Assembly (NCBI GenBank): GCA_965219685.1
Contig: CBDCOH010000002.1
Span: 1,216,001 to 1,280,000, forward strand
Reading direction: 5' to 3'
Source: Candidatus Spongiisociaceae bacterium
GTDB taxonomy: Bacteria > Actinomycetota > Acidimicrobiia > Spongiisociales > Spongiisociaceae
Length of the DNA stretch: 64,000 nucleotides
The notes under the pieces were generated by a model. It ran no database searches. It saw nothing but the letters and a program-made list of their open reading frames with translations, and was not told the origin of the DNA. Shown piece after piece: positions 49,311-59,434 of the stretch (its first letter is position 1; the number at the start of each line of letters is the position of its first letter). A program made the position numbers and the translations under genes.

Positions 49311-49703
49311 TCACAACAGCCGGAAGCCGAATGGATGGATCTCGTCGAGCGTGTGGCGCCGGACCTCGCTCCCCTCGCCGCCGGTGACGATCACCCATCG
49401 GGTGCCGAACTCGTTCATCAACTGGCGGCAGTTGCCGCACGGGTAGGCCCCGTCGACGCTCTCGGCATCGATACATGCCACCGCCACACCCGCGATCCGG
49501 CGAAGGCCGCCCGCTACGGCGCCCGAGATGGCCGTTGCCTCCGCGCAGATCGACGAACCGTAGGCGGCGTTCTCGACGTTGGAGCCGGTATGGACGCCGC
49601 CGTGCTCATCCACGACGACCGCACCGACCCGGAAGCCGGAGTAGGGCGAGTAGGAACCGAGAGCGGCCTGGCGGGCGCGGGTGGCCAGTTCCGTCCGGTT
49701 CAT
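49311..49703 (-). CDS. cdd: Cytidine deaminase
   Basis: YSPYSGFRVGA, NVENAAY, CAE, PCGNCRQ. Confidence 0.95.
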   Translation of the reverse strand: MNRTELATRARQAALGSYSPYSGFRVGAVVVDEHGGVHTGSNVENAAYGSSICAEATAISGAVAGGLRRIAGVAVACIDAESVDGAYPCGNCRQLMNEFGTRWVIVTGGEGSEVRRHTLDEIHPFGFRLL

Positions 49704-50674
49704 GCCGGCCCGAGCAGGGCGTCCACGAACTCGGACGCGTCGAACTCCACCAGGTCATCGAGCCCCTCGCCCGTGCCGATGTATTTGACCGGTAGCCCCA
49801 GTTCACTCTCGATCGCCAGTATCACGCCGCCCTTGGCTGTACCGTCCATCTTGGTGAGGATCATGCCCGTCACACCCATCCCGGCGAACCGCCGCGCTTG
49901 GGGGAGGCCGCCCTGCCCGGTGGTGGCGTCCATGACCAGGAGGACCTCGGCGACCTCGTCACCGTCCCTGCCCAGCACCCGGATGATCTTGGCCAGTTCC
50001 TGCATCAGGTTGTGCCTGGTCTCGAACCGGCCTGCCGTGTCGACCACCAGTACATCTGCGCGGCGCGCCTTGGCGGCCCGGAGGGCGTCGTAGGCGACGG
50101 CCGCCGGATCGCCGCCCGCCTGCCCGGAGACAACCTGCGCTCCCGCCCGCTCGGCCCACACCGCCAACTGGGTGTCGGCAGCCGGACGGAATGTGTCCGC
50201 GGCGCCGATGATGGGCGTGCGACCCTCGCCGGCCAGGCGGGCCGCCAGCTTGGCCACGGTGGTCGTCTTGCCCGCGCCGTTCACTCCTACCACCACCACG
50301 ATCGAAGGGTCACCCCGGAGGTTCAGGCCGCGGTCCGCACCGGAGAGGATCCGGACCATCTCCGTCCGGATCACCGAACGCGCCTCTGCCGGGTCGGAGG
50401 TTCCGGATCGGCGCACCGCGTCGACTATGCGAGTGCTGGCACCGACCCCCAGGTCGGACGCGATGAGCTCATCCTGCAGTTCGTCCCAGACGGCGGATCT
50501 CGACAGCACCGAATCGAGACTGGACGCCAGCCGGCTGCGGGTGGCCGCCATGGGCTGACCCAACCCGGCGGCGCCATGCTCGGAGGCGGCGGACGAACTC
50601 CGGGACCGCAAGACCAGCCACACGATGACAGCAGCCAGAGCCACGGCTACCAGACCCCAGACGAGCGGATTCAT
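49700..50674 (-). CDS. ftsY: SRP receptor FtsY with N-terminal membrane anchor
   Basis: GVNGAGKTT, DTFR, DTAGR, TKMDGTAKGG. Confidence 0.95.
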   Translation of the reverse strand: MNPLVWGLVAVALAAVIVWLVLRSRSSSAASEHGAAGLGQPMAATRSRLASSLDSVLSRSAVWDELQDELIASDLGVGASTRIVDAVRRSGTSDPAEARSVIRTEMVRILSGADRGLNLRGDPSIVVVVGVNGAGKTTTVAKLAARLAGEGRTPIIGAADTFRPAADTQLAVWAERAGAQVVSGQAGGDPAAVAYDALRAAKARRADVLVVDTAGRFETRHNLMQELAKIIRVLGRDGDEVAEVLLVMDATTGQGGLPQARRFAGMGVTGMILTKMDGTAKGGVILAIESELGLPVKYIGTGEGLDDLVEFDASEFVDALLGPA

Positions 50675-50777
50675 CCGAGCGGGCCCTCTCCTTCGACGCC
50701 GGGTGGGACTCGGGACTCCATCATGCGCACCAACTTAATCGCGGGCTTGAAGTAAGCGGATGGAGACACCCGCTTCG

Positions 50778-53700
50778 CTACGCGCCGATCACTGCCTCGT
50801 CCATCCTGTGAACGAGCGCCTTGGAGGATCCGCCCGGCTCCATCGTTACGCCGTAGAGGATGTCGGCCGCCCGGACGGTCGCCTGCTGGTGGGTGACCAC
50901 GATCAGCTGGGCGTGGTCGCGGAACTCGTCCACCAGCCGGAGAAAGCGATGCAGGTTGGCGTCGTCGAGGGCCGCATCCACCTCGTCGAGGATGTAGAAG
51001 GGGGCGGGTCGGGCCTCGAACACCGCGAACAGGAACGCCAGAGCTGCCAGGGATCGTTCCCCTCCCGAGAGAAGGGCGAGTTTGCCGATCTTCTTCCCCA
51101 ACGGCTGGGCCACGATCTCGACTCCGGCCTCGAGTGGATTGTCGGTCCCGGTCAGGACCAACTCGCCCGTGCCGCCGGGGAACAGCACCGTGAAGAAACG
51201 CCGGTAGTGGCGGGCCGTATCCTCGAAGGTCCGGTTGAACAGTTCCTCCATTTCGGCGTCGAGTGACAAAATGACCTTGTTCAGGTCCGCCTTCGATCTC
51301 TCGAGGTCGGCGAGCTGATCCGTCATCAGACGGTGACGCTCGTCGAGTTCGCGGAACTCGTCGCTCGCCAGCAGGTTCACGGGACCCATCGCCGCCAGAT
51401 GCGCCTCCAGCCGCTTCGCTCGCGCGGCGGGCTCCTCGCCCTCGGTCTCCGGACGCCCCGCGACCAGCGCCTGCTCGACGGAGGCGTCCGCGTCCCGCCG
51501 CAGGCCCTCGGCCACCGACTCCTCGCGCATCCTCAGTTCGGTCTGTTCCACATCGATCCGGCCCAGCCGCTCGCGGACACCGGTCACGGTTGTCTCAACC
51601 TCCGAGATCTCGGTGCGGGTTGTGGCCAGGAGCCTGTCCAGATCCGAGATCGACGCCCTCAGGCACTCGCAGCGTTCCTTCACCTCGGCCAGCTTGACTC
51701 GCACCACCTCCAGAACCTGGCGGGCCATCTCCTCGACCGTGCGGGTCTCTTCGAGCTGTTCAGTTCCCGATGGCGCCTTCTGCAACGCCTCGCGCCGGGC
51801 CGCCAACCGGTCGATGCGGTCCCGTAGCATGTGGCGGCGCTCCACGGCAGCGCCCAACTCCCGGATAGCCGCATCCCTGGCGTTGCGTGCGGCCGCATGC
51901 GCCCTTTCGGCTGCTTCCCGCTCGAGACGCCGCTCCGCCCGCAATCCCCCGTCTTCGGTCTCGGCGTCGGCGATCCTCTCCCTGAGTGCGGCGACTCGAC
52001 TCTCCCGCTGCCCGATGGTCCGCCGTAGCGCGGCCACCCTGAGCTCGAGCCCGGCTATGGCATCCCCGCCGGAGGTCTCGGCCCTCCCCAGCCGGTCCAG
52101 TTCGGTCTCCGCCTTGATCCCTGCTGACTCCGATGCTGCCAGATCATCGCTAGCACGCGCGGCCGCCTCCCGCGCGGCCGTGAGCTCCCTCCTGGCAGAC
52201 TCCTCGGCCGCCTTGGCGGCCGCTTCGGCCTCGCGGGCCGTGGCAGCCGAGTCGCGGGCCGCGTCCAGTGCGGCGGCCGTGCTGCGATCGTGGTCGGCGG
52301 TCCGGACACCCAGCGATGTGATCAGATCTCCCTCCGGAGTGACCGCACGCACGCGCGGCTCGTGCGCCACGATGTCCCAGCCGGTGCTCCAGCCTTCGAC
52401 GAGGACCACATCCCCGAGGAGCGACCGGGCCAACTCGGGATCGGCGTCCCGGCCCAGCCGGTCCACCAGGGCGTCGACTCCCCATTGCCGGGCGATAGCC
52501 GGCGCGGGCAGGATCCCGGCCTCCTTTGCCGGCCCCGCCATCAGGGGAAGTCCCCCCAGACCTTCCGACTTGAAGATCCTCACCGCTCGGCGGAGACGGA
52601 CCGGACCGTCGAGGACGACTGCCTCGGCCCACTCCCCCACCGCGGCGTCGACCGCAGCTGCCAGCCCGTCGGGCGGATCCAGCAGGGCGGTGAGGGCCCC
52701 GACGACACCACCGAGGTCCGTTAGCCGCTCCTTGAGCGGATTGAAGGAACGGGAGGCTGCCGCCTCCAAGGCCTCCGACTTGGCCTCGGCTGCCGCCCTG
52801 CCGGATCGAGCCTCCCGCAGGAGGTGATCCGTCCGCTCCCACTCGGCTTTGCGGGCAGCCAGCGCATGCGAGGACGACTCGCGAAGCTTCCGGGCGGCGG
52901 CGATCCGTTCCCGGGTCCGATCGAGTTCCCGCCCGAGCGTCCTAGCGCGGGATCTGTCCGCATCGGTCCGGGCCCTGGTTCCTTCGAGTAACTCGGTCAG
53001 CTTCGAGAACTCTCGGGTGTCACGGGCCGCCGCAGCCTCGAGGGACCTCAGGTCGTCGCGTAGCATTACCGGATCCGTGTCTTCCTGCGCCGGGGGAGCC
53101 CGGAGTTGTTCCTCGGAGGCGCGAAGGGTTGCTTCGGTCGCCTCGACCTGCTGCCCCGCATCCTGCTCCCGGCCCGTGGCCTCCTCGAGTTGGTGTACGA
53201 GCCGGTCTGTCTCGCGGTCGAGGCTGGTTCGCTGCACCGTTGCCTGCTCCATCTGGCTGACCAGTCCTCTGCGGCGTTCCCTGGCCACCTGTGAGATACC
53301 GCGCAGCCTGGCGGCCACCGTGGCTAACCGCGCAGCCGCGTCCGCGTCCCGAGCCAGTGACCGAGCCTGGCTTGAACGCTCCCCCTCCGTGCCCGCCAGC
53401 GTCTCCTCGAGCCGGACCAGGCTGGACCGGCCGACGCCCGAGGTCTCCTCCAAGCGGGTCCGCTCGCGCGACAACTCTCGGAATCGCTGCCGGGAACGGC
53501 GCAGGGTAACGCCTCCGAGCCAGAGGTGGAGGGCCTTGAGCTCGGCGCGCATCGATTCGTGCCGCTCGGCCGCCTCCGCCTGACGCCGGAGGGGACGCTT
53601 GCGGCGTTTGATCTCGGCGACGATGTCATGCAGACGGAGAAGGTCGGCGTCGGTGCGCTCCAGACGCTGTAGGGCCCTGGCCTTGCGGACCTGGTGCTTG

Positions 53701-54203
53701 AGGATCCCGGCTGCTTCCTCGATGATCCGCCGTCGCTCGTCTCCCTTGGCGGTCAGGAGCGACTCCAGCCGACCCTGGCCGACTATGAGGTGCTGGCTGC
53801 GGCCTACTCCGCTGTCCGAGAGAAGGTCCTGCACGTCGAGCAGCCGGCACCGGACGCCGTTTATCTCGTAGTCGGAGCGGCCGCCCCTGAAAAGGCGGCG
53901 GGTGAGGGACACCTCGTCGAGGTCGAGGGGCAGGGCGCGGTCGCGGTTGTCCAGCATCACGGTGACCTCGGCCCGGCTGTGGGGCGCCCGGGTGGCCGTG
54001 CCGGCGAAGATGACATCCTCCATCCGGTCGGTGCGGAGGGCCCGGGTGTATTGGGTGCCCAGCACCCACGCCAGAGAGTCCACGATGTTGGACTTACCGG
54101 TCCCGTTGGGTCCGACGATCACCGACACGCCCGGTTCGAACTCCAGGGCCGTCCGGTCTGCGAACGACTTGAAGCCGGCCAGTTTCAGCGATTTCAGATA
54201 CAA
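50778..54203 (-). CDS. smc: Chromosome segregation protein SMC
   Basis: GFKSFAD, GPNGTGKSN, coiled coils and hinge, LSGGERSL, LDEVDAALD. Confidence 0.97.
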   Translation of the reverse strand: MYLKSLKLAGFKSFADRTALEFEPGVSVIVGPNGTGKSNIVDSLAWVLGTQYTRALRTDRMEDVIFAGTATRAPHSRAEVTVMLDNRDRALPLDLDEVSLTRRLFRGGRSDYEINGVRCRLLDVQDLLSDSGVGRSQHLIVGQGRLESLLTAKGDERRRIIEEAAGILKHQVRKARALQRLERTDADLLRLHDIVAEIKRRKRPLRRQAEAAERHESMRAELKALHLWLGGVTLRRSRQRFRELSRERTRLEETSGVGRSSLVRLEETLAGTEGERSSQARSLARDADAAARLATVAARLRGISQVARERRRGLVSQMEQATVQRTSLDRETDRLVHQLEEATGREQDAGQQVEATEATLRASEEQLRAPPAQEDTDPVMLRDDLRSLEAAAARDTREFSKLTELLEGTRARTDADRSRARTLGRELDRTRERIAAARKLRESSSHALAARKAEWERTDHLLREARSGRAAAEAKSEALEAAASRSFNPLKERLTDLGGVVGALTALLDPPDGLAAAVDAAVGEWAEAVVLDGPVRLRRAVRIFKSEGLGGLPLMAGPAKEAGILPAPAIARQWGVDALVDRLGRDADPELARSLLGDVVLVEGWSTGWDIVAHEPRVRAVTPEGDLITSLGVRTADHDRSTAAALDAARDSAATAREAEAAAKAAEESARRELTAAREAAARASDDLAASESAGIKAETELDRLGRAETSGGDAIAGLELRVAALRRTIGQRESRVAALRERIADAETEDGGLRAERRLEREAAERAHAAARNARDAAIRELGAAVERRHMLRDRIDRLAARREALQKAPSGTEQLEETRTVEEMARQVLEVVRVKLAEVKERCECLRASISDLDRLLATTRTEISEVETTVTGVRERLGRIDVEQTELRMREESVAEGLRRDADASVEQALVAGRPETEGEEPAARAKRLEAHLAAMGPVNLLASDEFRELDERHRLMTDQLADLERSKADLNKVILSLDAEMEELFNRTFEDTARHYRRFFTVLFPGGTGELVLTGTDNPLEAGVEIVAQPLGKKIGKLALLSGGERSLAALAFLFAVFEARPAPFYILDEVDAALDDANLHRFLRLVDEFRDHAQLIVVTHQQATVRAADILYGVTMEPGGSSKALVHRMDEAVIGA

Positions 54204-54365
54204 GTCACACCCGTGTGATTCCCGTCCTCGCGCACGATAGCGGCTCCCCGCGTGTCTAACGCGGCAACCCGAGGAATAGTGGTTGGTGGCCGGGGTCCGG
54301 ACCGGACGGTGGTCTCCGGTCAGATCCCTTGGAACACTCGCCTCAGGAGCGCAGGAGCACCCGCC

Positions 54366-54397
54366 TACCAACTACCAACTACCAACTACCAACCACT
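54366..54397. repeat. Heptamer array (TACCAAC)x4, beside a partial MITE end at 54315-54342
   Basis: Directly visible; TCCGGTCAGATCCCTTGGAACACTCG matches the ends of copies A, C and D. Confidence 0.8.
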
Positions 54398-55227
54398 CAG
54401 GTCTGGCAAGAGTGACACCGGTACGACGACCTGGCGCCGATCACGCTCCTGCGGATGGGCGCCAGGCAGCTGCGACAGGGTCGCCCCTCCCTGCCGTAGA
54501 CGGACAGGTACTCCAGGTGCCGACCCGCTCGGCCGTCAGGAAGCAGGTAGGCGAGGTCGTCGAGCGAGGTCCCACCATGGGACAGACCGGCCTCGAGGAC
54601 GGAGCGGATAGCCTTCTTGATGGACACCATCTCGGAGACCGTGAGGGAACCGGCGGGTCTTGAGCCGTCCACGCGTGCCTCGAACAAGACCTCGTCCGAG
54701 TAGATGTTTCCGAGCCCCGAGATGAAGCGCTGGTCGAGAAGTAGGGTCTTGACGGCCACCCGGCGACCCTGGACCGTCGCCGCCAGCTGTTCGGCGGGCG
54801 GAAGCTCACCGAGGGCGTCCGGTCCCAGCAGGGCCAGGGTCGACGCCCCCAGTTCGGACGCTGTGTAGACAGCCATGAAACCGAACGTGCGCGGGTCGAT
54901 CATGCGTAACTCGCGGCCTGAGTCCGTCTCGATCACCACCCGGGTATGCCGCCCCAGGGGCTCGGCGGGCCCGCTGATCGCCATGCGCCCCGACATCCCG
55001 AGGTGAGAAACCCAGGTGAGTCCCTTCCCCATATCGAACATGAGGAACTTGCCCCGGCGGCCCAGCGAGCGCACCGTCCGTCCCTCCAACCGGGCCGCGA
55101 AGTCCGCCGGGTCGGGTTGGCGCCGCAGCATCCGGGGGTGGAGAACCCGCGTGGAGACGATCCTTCGCTCGGCGAGTTCGGGCACCAGCATTCGGCGTGT
55201 CGTCTCGACCTCCGGCAGTTCGGGCAA
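54397..55227 (-). CDS. mutM: Formamidopyrimidine-DNA glycosylase
   Basis: PELPEVE, RRGK, HLGMSG, GLGNIY, C-terminal Zn finger. Confidence 0.97.
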   Translation of the reverse strand: MPELPEVETTRRMLVPELAERRIVSTRVLHPRMLRRQPDPADFAARLEGRTVRSLGRRGKFLMFDMGKGLTWVSHLGMSGRMAISGPAEPLGRHTRVVIETDSGRELRMIDPRTFGFMAVYTASELGASTLALLGPDALGELPPAEQLAATVQGRRVAVKTLLLDQRFISGLGNIYSDEVLFEARVDGSRPAGSLTVSEMVSIKKAIRSVLEAGLSHGGTSLDDLAYLLPDGRAGRHLEYLSVYGREGRPCRSCLAPIRRSVIGARSSYRCHSCQT

Positions 55228-55391
55228 CTACCGGGCCGCCTGTGACGCGGTGGCATGGGCTGCGCGGCCGGCGGCGTTCGCGGCACCACCATCCGGCGAA
55301 GACGTACCGGGAGCATGCTCGGGGATGGCGGAACTCAGCGAGGAGCGCTTCCGGCCGGCCGGACAGGACGGATCGTTCTGCTTGCAGGCCA

Positions 55392-56096
55392 TTAGCCCGG
55401 TTCTTTCCGGTCGGCCTCCATAGCCTCGAGCGCCGCGCGAGCAGCCTCCTGCTGGGCCTTCCTTTTCGAGTGCCCGACGCCGGATCCCCACTCGGCGCCG
55501 TCGACCGATACGACCGATGTGAAGACCTTCCTGTGGTCGGGACCTTCGGAGTCGATGTGGTACTCGGGCCGGGCGCCATCGCGTGCGAGCAACTCCTGCA
55601 GGCGGCTCTTGTAGTCGCCCCAGCCGGGCCGCACCGCGGCACTCCCGATCCGATTCTCCCACAACCGCAGGATCACCCGGCGGGCCGGTTCCAGGCCTCC
55701 GTCCAGATAGACCGCGCCGAGGACCGCCTCCATGGCGTCCCCCAGGATGGAGCGCCTACCCCGGCCTCCGGTCGCCTCCTCCCCCTTTCCCAGCAGCACG
55801 TGCTCGCCGAGACCCAGGCTTTCGGCAACCTCGGAGAGAGCCCGGTTGCTGACTGCAGACGCACGCAACTTGACCATCGCACCCTCGGGATAGTCGGGGA
55901 AGTGTCCGAAGATGAAGTCGGTCACCACCAACTGCAGGATGGTGTCTCCCAGGAACTCGAGGCGCTCGTTGGAAGGCTCCTCCCCGGTCTCTGCAACCCA
56001 GGAACGGTGGCGGAGTGCCCGGTTCAGGAGCTCGGGGTCGGCGAAGGAGTGGTCGAGCGCCTGCTCCAGGCTGGTGTGAGAGCCCGAGTCGTTCAA
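55392..56096 (-). CDS. rnc: Ribonuclease III
   Basis: NERLEFLGD, DAMEAVLGAVYLD, dsRBD DYKSRLQE. Confidence 0.97.
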   Translation of the reverse strand: MNDSGSHTSLEQALDHSFADPELLNRALRHRSWVAETGEEPSNERLEFLGDTILQLVVTDFIFGHFPDYPEGAMVKLRASAVSNRALSEVAESLGLGEHVLLGKGEEATGGRGRRSILGDAMEAVLGAVYLDGGLEPARRVILRLWENRIGSAAVRPGWGDYKSRLQELLARDGARPEYHIDSEGPDHRKVFTSVVSVDGAEWGSGVGHSKRKAQQEAARAALEAMEADRKEPG

Positions 56097-57067
56097 GAAC
56101 GGACCAGTCCGTGTTCGAGTCGTTCGATCAGGCCGCCCTTGACACCCTCGGTGGCTAGACGGATCGCGTTGAAGATCGCCCGGCGCGAGGACGACCCGTG
56201 GCATATGACGACGTTTGCCGACGTGCCGACGAGGTGGGCGCCTCCGTACCTGGCCGGGTCGATGACCTCGCGGATCTCGTTCATCGGGGCGGCGATGTGG
56301 GGCAACACCTCCTCCGGCAGGCGCTCGAAGGCCCGCCCGATCAAGCGTGCCACCAGGCCGGCGGCGGCTTCGATGGTCTTGAGGGCGACGTTGCCGGTGA
56401 AGCCGTCCGTCACGAACACGTCGGCGGCCTCACCGATGATGTCACCGCCTTCGAGGTTCCCCACGAAGTTGACCGGTGCTTCCTCGAGCAGTTCGAAAGC
56501 CGACCGCTCGACGTCCCTACCCTTGGCCCGCTCGGCGCCGATGTTGAGCAGGCCAACCCGGGGACGTTCGATGCCGTAGACGATCTCTGCGAGTTGGGCG
56601 CCCATCACGCCGAACTGGAGGAGGTGCACCGGGCGTACCTCGAGGTTGGCGCCCGCGTCGAGCAGCAGGACCGGTTTGCCCGGCCGCGGTATCGGAGTGG
56701 CGATCGCAGGGCGCAACACCCCCTTGATGCGGCCGATCACGATCGAGGCGGCCGCGATGGCCGCCCCTGTGGAACCGGCCGAAACCAGGGCGTCGGCCCC
56801 ATGAGAGGCTACGAGCCGCGCCGCGGTGAGCACGGACGAGTCGGGTTTGTCGCGCACCGCCTTGGCCGGGTGGTCGTGCATCTCCACGACTTCCGGAGCG
56901 TGCACAACCGGCAGATCGGCGCCGATTGCACTCAGGTCAGGCTCGACGATCTCCTCGCGGCCCACGAGCACCACTTCGTGCCCTGCCTCGGCCGCCAGGA
57001 CCGCGCCCGCCACGATCTCGGCGGGCCCCTGGTCGGTTCCCATCACGTCGACTGCTATGCGAGCCAC
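56093..57067 (-). CDS. plsX: Phosphate acyltransferase
   Basis: IAVDVMGTD, SAGSTGA, LDAGAN, DGFTGNVALKTIE, CHGSS. Confidence 0.95.
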   Translation of the reverse strand: MARIAVDVMGTDQGPAEIVAGAVLAAEAGHEVVLVGREEIVEPDLSAIGADLPVVHAPEVVEMHDHPAKAVRDKPDSSVLTAARLVASHGADALVSAGSTGAAIAAASIVIGRIKGVLRPAIATPIPRPGKPVLLLDAGANLEVRPVHLLQFGVMGAQLAEIVYGIERPRVGLLNIGAERAKGRDVERSAFELLEEAPVNFVGNLEGGDIIGEAADVFVTDGFTGNVALKTIEAAAGLVARLIGRAFERLPEEVLPHIAAPMNEIREVIDPARYGGAHLVGTSANVVICHGSSSRRAIFNAIRLATEGVKGGLIERLEHGLVRS

Positions 57068-57148
57068 GGGTCCCCGATCAGGTGTGCGGGATGGGCGCTC
57101 CCTCCGAAGCACCGAGAGGGGACGGCCCCCGATGGCGTGATCCCCCGG

Positions 57149-57340
57149 TCAATCGAACACCTCCACGACCGTTCGCCCGCGGTAGGTACCGCAACCGCCC
57201 TTGCCCGTACAGGCCCGGTGGGGCAGCTTCGGCTGACCGCACCGGGGGCAGCTAACGGTCCGGGTAGGGCGCATCTTCATCGCCTCCGCCTTGCGCCTCC
57301 GCGTGCGTGAGCGCGACATCTTTCTCTTTGGTACAGCCAT
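57149..57340 (-). CDS. rpmF: 50S ribosomal protein L32
   Basis: MAVPKRKMSRSRTRRR...CPRCG...PHRAC. Confidence 0.97.
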   Translation of the reverse strand: MAVPKRKMSRSRTRRRKAEAMKMRPTRTVSCPRCGQPKLPHRACTGKGGCGTYRGRTVVEVFD

Positions 57341-57361
57341 GGCGTATCCCTTCCGGTCACG

Positions 57362-57859
57362 TCAGGTTGAGGGGGGTGCTTCCAACCAGCCTTCCAGAGC
57401 GGCGAACGGAGAGCCTCTCGCCACGGAATGCCCCTCGCAGGGATCTACATTCAAGTCGTTTCCGCACGAGGGACAAAGTCCCCGGCAGGACTCCGAGCAT
57501 AGCGGTACCAGCGGGACGCACAAGCACAATTCGTCGTGCAGCACCGGGGCGAGGTCGATCGCCCCGTCGGGGCCGATGTCCGCACCGGCTTCCTCACCGT
57601 AGGCCTGCATCACGGGAGCGCCGGCCTGGAAGGACACCGTCCGCAGGCAACGGTTGCATCTGAGCCGCATCACAGCCCCCACGTCGCCGCGGACCAGAAC
57701 CCCCCCGACCGTGTCCTCGACGCGCAGGTCCGCCTCGACCGGCCCGCATTCCTCGACCTGATCCAACTCGATCTCGATGGAACCCGATAGGGAGACCTGT
57801 CGACGGGATCCGGGCCGTCCGAGCAGGTCGGAGACGTGGATCAGGAAGGGCCGGTCTAT
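57362..57859 (-). CDS. DUF177/YceD protein (start uncertain; possibly ATA 57859)
   Basis: CNRCL, LCSESCRGLCPSCG, PFAAL; position upstream of rpmF. Confidence 0.85.
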   Translation of the reverse strand: MDRPFLIHVSDLLGRPGSRRQVSLSGSIEIELDQVEECGPVEADLRVEDTVGGVLVRGDVGAVMRLRCNRCLRTVSFQAGAPVMQAYGEEAGADIGPDGAIDLAPVLHDELCLCVPLVPLCSESCRGLCPSCGNDLNVDPCEGHSVARGSPFAALEGWLEAPPST

Positions 57860-58365
57860 TGGCCCACCGACCGGGTCTGGCGGAGTTCGGCCCGCATGGA
57901 GCGAATCTGGTCCAGGACCCGGCCCATCAGGGACTCCAGCCGTTCGAGGCGGTCCTCGGCGTACTCCTCGGCCTCCAGCCGGATCCTGTGCGAGTGGTCC
58001 TCGGCCCTGCGCACGAGGATGTTCGCCTCCTCGGTGGCCTCGGCGATGATGTTGGTGTCGGACACCAACTCGTCGGCCTTCTGGCGAGCTCGCTGTATGA
58101 GATCTCGTACCCGCTCGTTGGTCCGGGCCACGAAGGTCTCGCGCTCCCTCACCATCCAGCGCGCAGTCCGCATCTCCTCCGGGAGGCGATCCTGCAGCAT
58201 CTCGAGGGTCTGCAGCATCTGCTCCCGGTCGACGATCACCTTGCCCGAAGCGGGTATCGTCTTCGCCTCGGAGATCGCCATGATTATCTCCGAGACAAGG
58301 TTCTGCACCTGCCCGACCGTTGGGAGGGCGGCCGTCCCGCCTGCCTCTTCTCGATCACCGTTCAT
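57856..58365 (-). CDS. Coiled-coil DivIVA/ATP synthase b-like protein
   Basis: AKTIPASGKVIVDRE...LPEEMRTARWMV; usual position between coaD and yceD. Confidence 0.8.
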   Translation of the reverse strand: MNGDREEAGGTAALPTVGQVQNLVSEIIMAISEAKTIPASGKVIVDREQMLQTLEMLQDRLPEEMRTARWMVRERETFVARTNERVRDLIQRARQKADELVSDTNIIAEATEEANILVRRAEDHSHRIRLEAEEYAEDRLERLESLMGRVLDQIRSMRAELRQTRSVGQ

Positions 58366-58837
58366 GCGACCACCGTTCCTTCATCAACCGGCCTACTTCT
58401 CCCGGTACCAAGCCATCCACTGTACCGCCCAGGCTTCCCACTTCCTTGACCAGGGAAGAGGATAGGTAGGCGTGCTCGGGACTCGTGGGGATGAACACAG
58501 TATCGATTCCCGACAGCCTGTGGTTCATCTGGGCCATCTGCAGTTCGTAGTCGAAGTCGGAGACGGCCCGCAACCCCTTCACGATCACGCCGACCTCCTT
58601 CGCGCGGGCGAAGTCCACCAGGAGACCGTCGAAGGAGGCAATCTCTACCCTGGGCTCGTCGGCGAACAGGTCGTCGAGCATCGCCACCCGCTCCTCGGAT
58701 GTGAACATGGGCGTCTTGGAGAGGTTGCGGATGACCGCCACGACCACCCGGTCGAAGACCGAGACGCTCCGGCGGATGACATCCATGTGTCCGTTGGTGG
58801 GGGGATCGAAGCTCCCGGGACAGACCGCTGTGGCCAC
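58355..58837 (-). CDS. coaD: Phosphopantetheine adenylyltransferase
   Basis: PGSFDPPTNGH, KGLRAVSDFDYE, SSSLVKE. Confidence 0.97.
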   Translation of the reverse strand: MATAVCPGSFDPPTNGHMDVIRRSVSVFDRVVVAVIRNLSKTPMFTSEERVAMLDDLFADEPRVEIASFDGLLVDFARAKEVGVIVKGLRAVSDFDYELQMAQMNHRLSGIDTVFIPTSPEHAYLSSSLVKEVGSLGGTVDGLVPGEVGRLMKERWSHER

Positions 58838-58869
58838 CCTCTCTCCCTTGTCCGGCAGTTGCCCTAAAT

Positions 58870-59433
58870 CTAACCGGTGGTCCTCCGATTCCCCACCCCC
58901 GCGACACGAAGGTAGCGCCAGATCCGGGCCGTTCCGTAGCTGAGCCGTCCCGCAGCCTCGAGACCCGGCGCTTCCGGCCGTCGCTCCCCGCCCGGCCGGT
59001 GGAGCACCGCCGTCCCACCCAAGCGGATCAGCGGCACGACCGACCGCAGGGTGGTTTCGACCGAGGCCGCCGAGTGGCGGTAAGGGGGATCGACGAACAC
59101 GAGGTCGAACCGTCCCGGATTCCGGGTAAGGAACCGGTCGACATCGACGGCGACGATCTCCCCGCCCAACCCCACAGTGCGGACATTGGCCCGCAGGGCC
59201 TGCAGCGCCTTACGGTCGTTCTCGACGAAGACCGCCGAGGCGGATCCGCGGCTCAACGCTTCCAGACCCAGCGAGCCCGTGCCTGCGTAGAGATCCAACA
59301 CTTCCGCCCCCGGGAGCACCGAGGCGATTGCGGAGAAAATCCCTTCGCGCGCGCGGTCGGTCATCGGCCGGGTGACGAGGCCCCGAGGTGCCTTGAGCCG
59401 CCGACCCTTCGACCTTCCCGATATCACCCTCAT
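58870..59433 (-). CDS. rsmD: 16S rRNA m2G966 methyltransferase
   Basis: MRVISG, RPMTDR, LDLYAGTGSLG, DPPY. Confidence 0.95.
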   Translation of the reverse strand: MRVISGRSKGRRLKAPRGLVTRPMTDRAREGIFSAIASVLPGAEVLDLYAGTGSLGLEALSRGSASAVFVENDRKALQALRANVRTVGLGGEIVAVDVDRFLTRNPGRFDLVFVDPPYRHSAASVETTLRSVVPLIRLGGTAVLHRPGGERRPEAPGLEAAGRLSYGTARIWRYLRVAGVGNRRTTG

Positions 59434-59434
59434 G

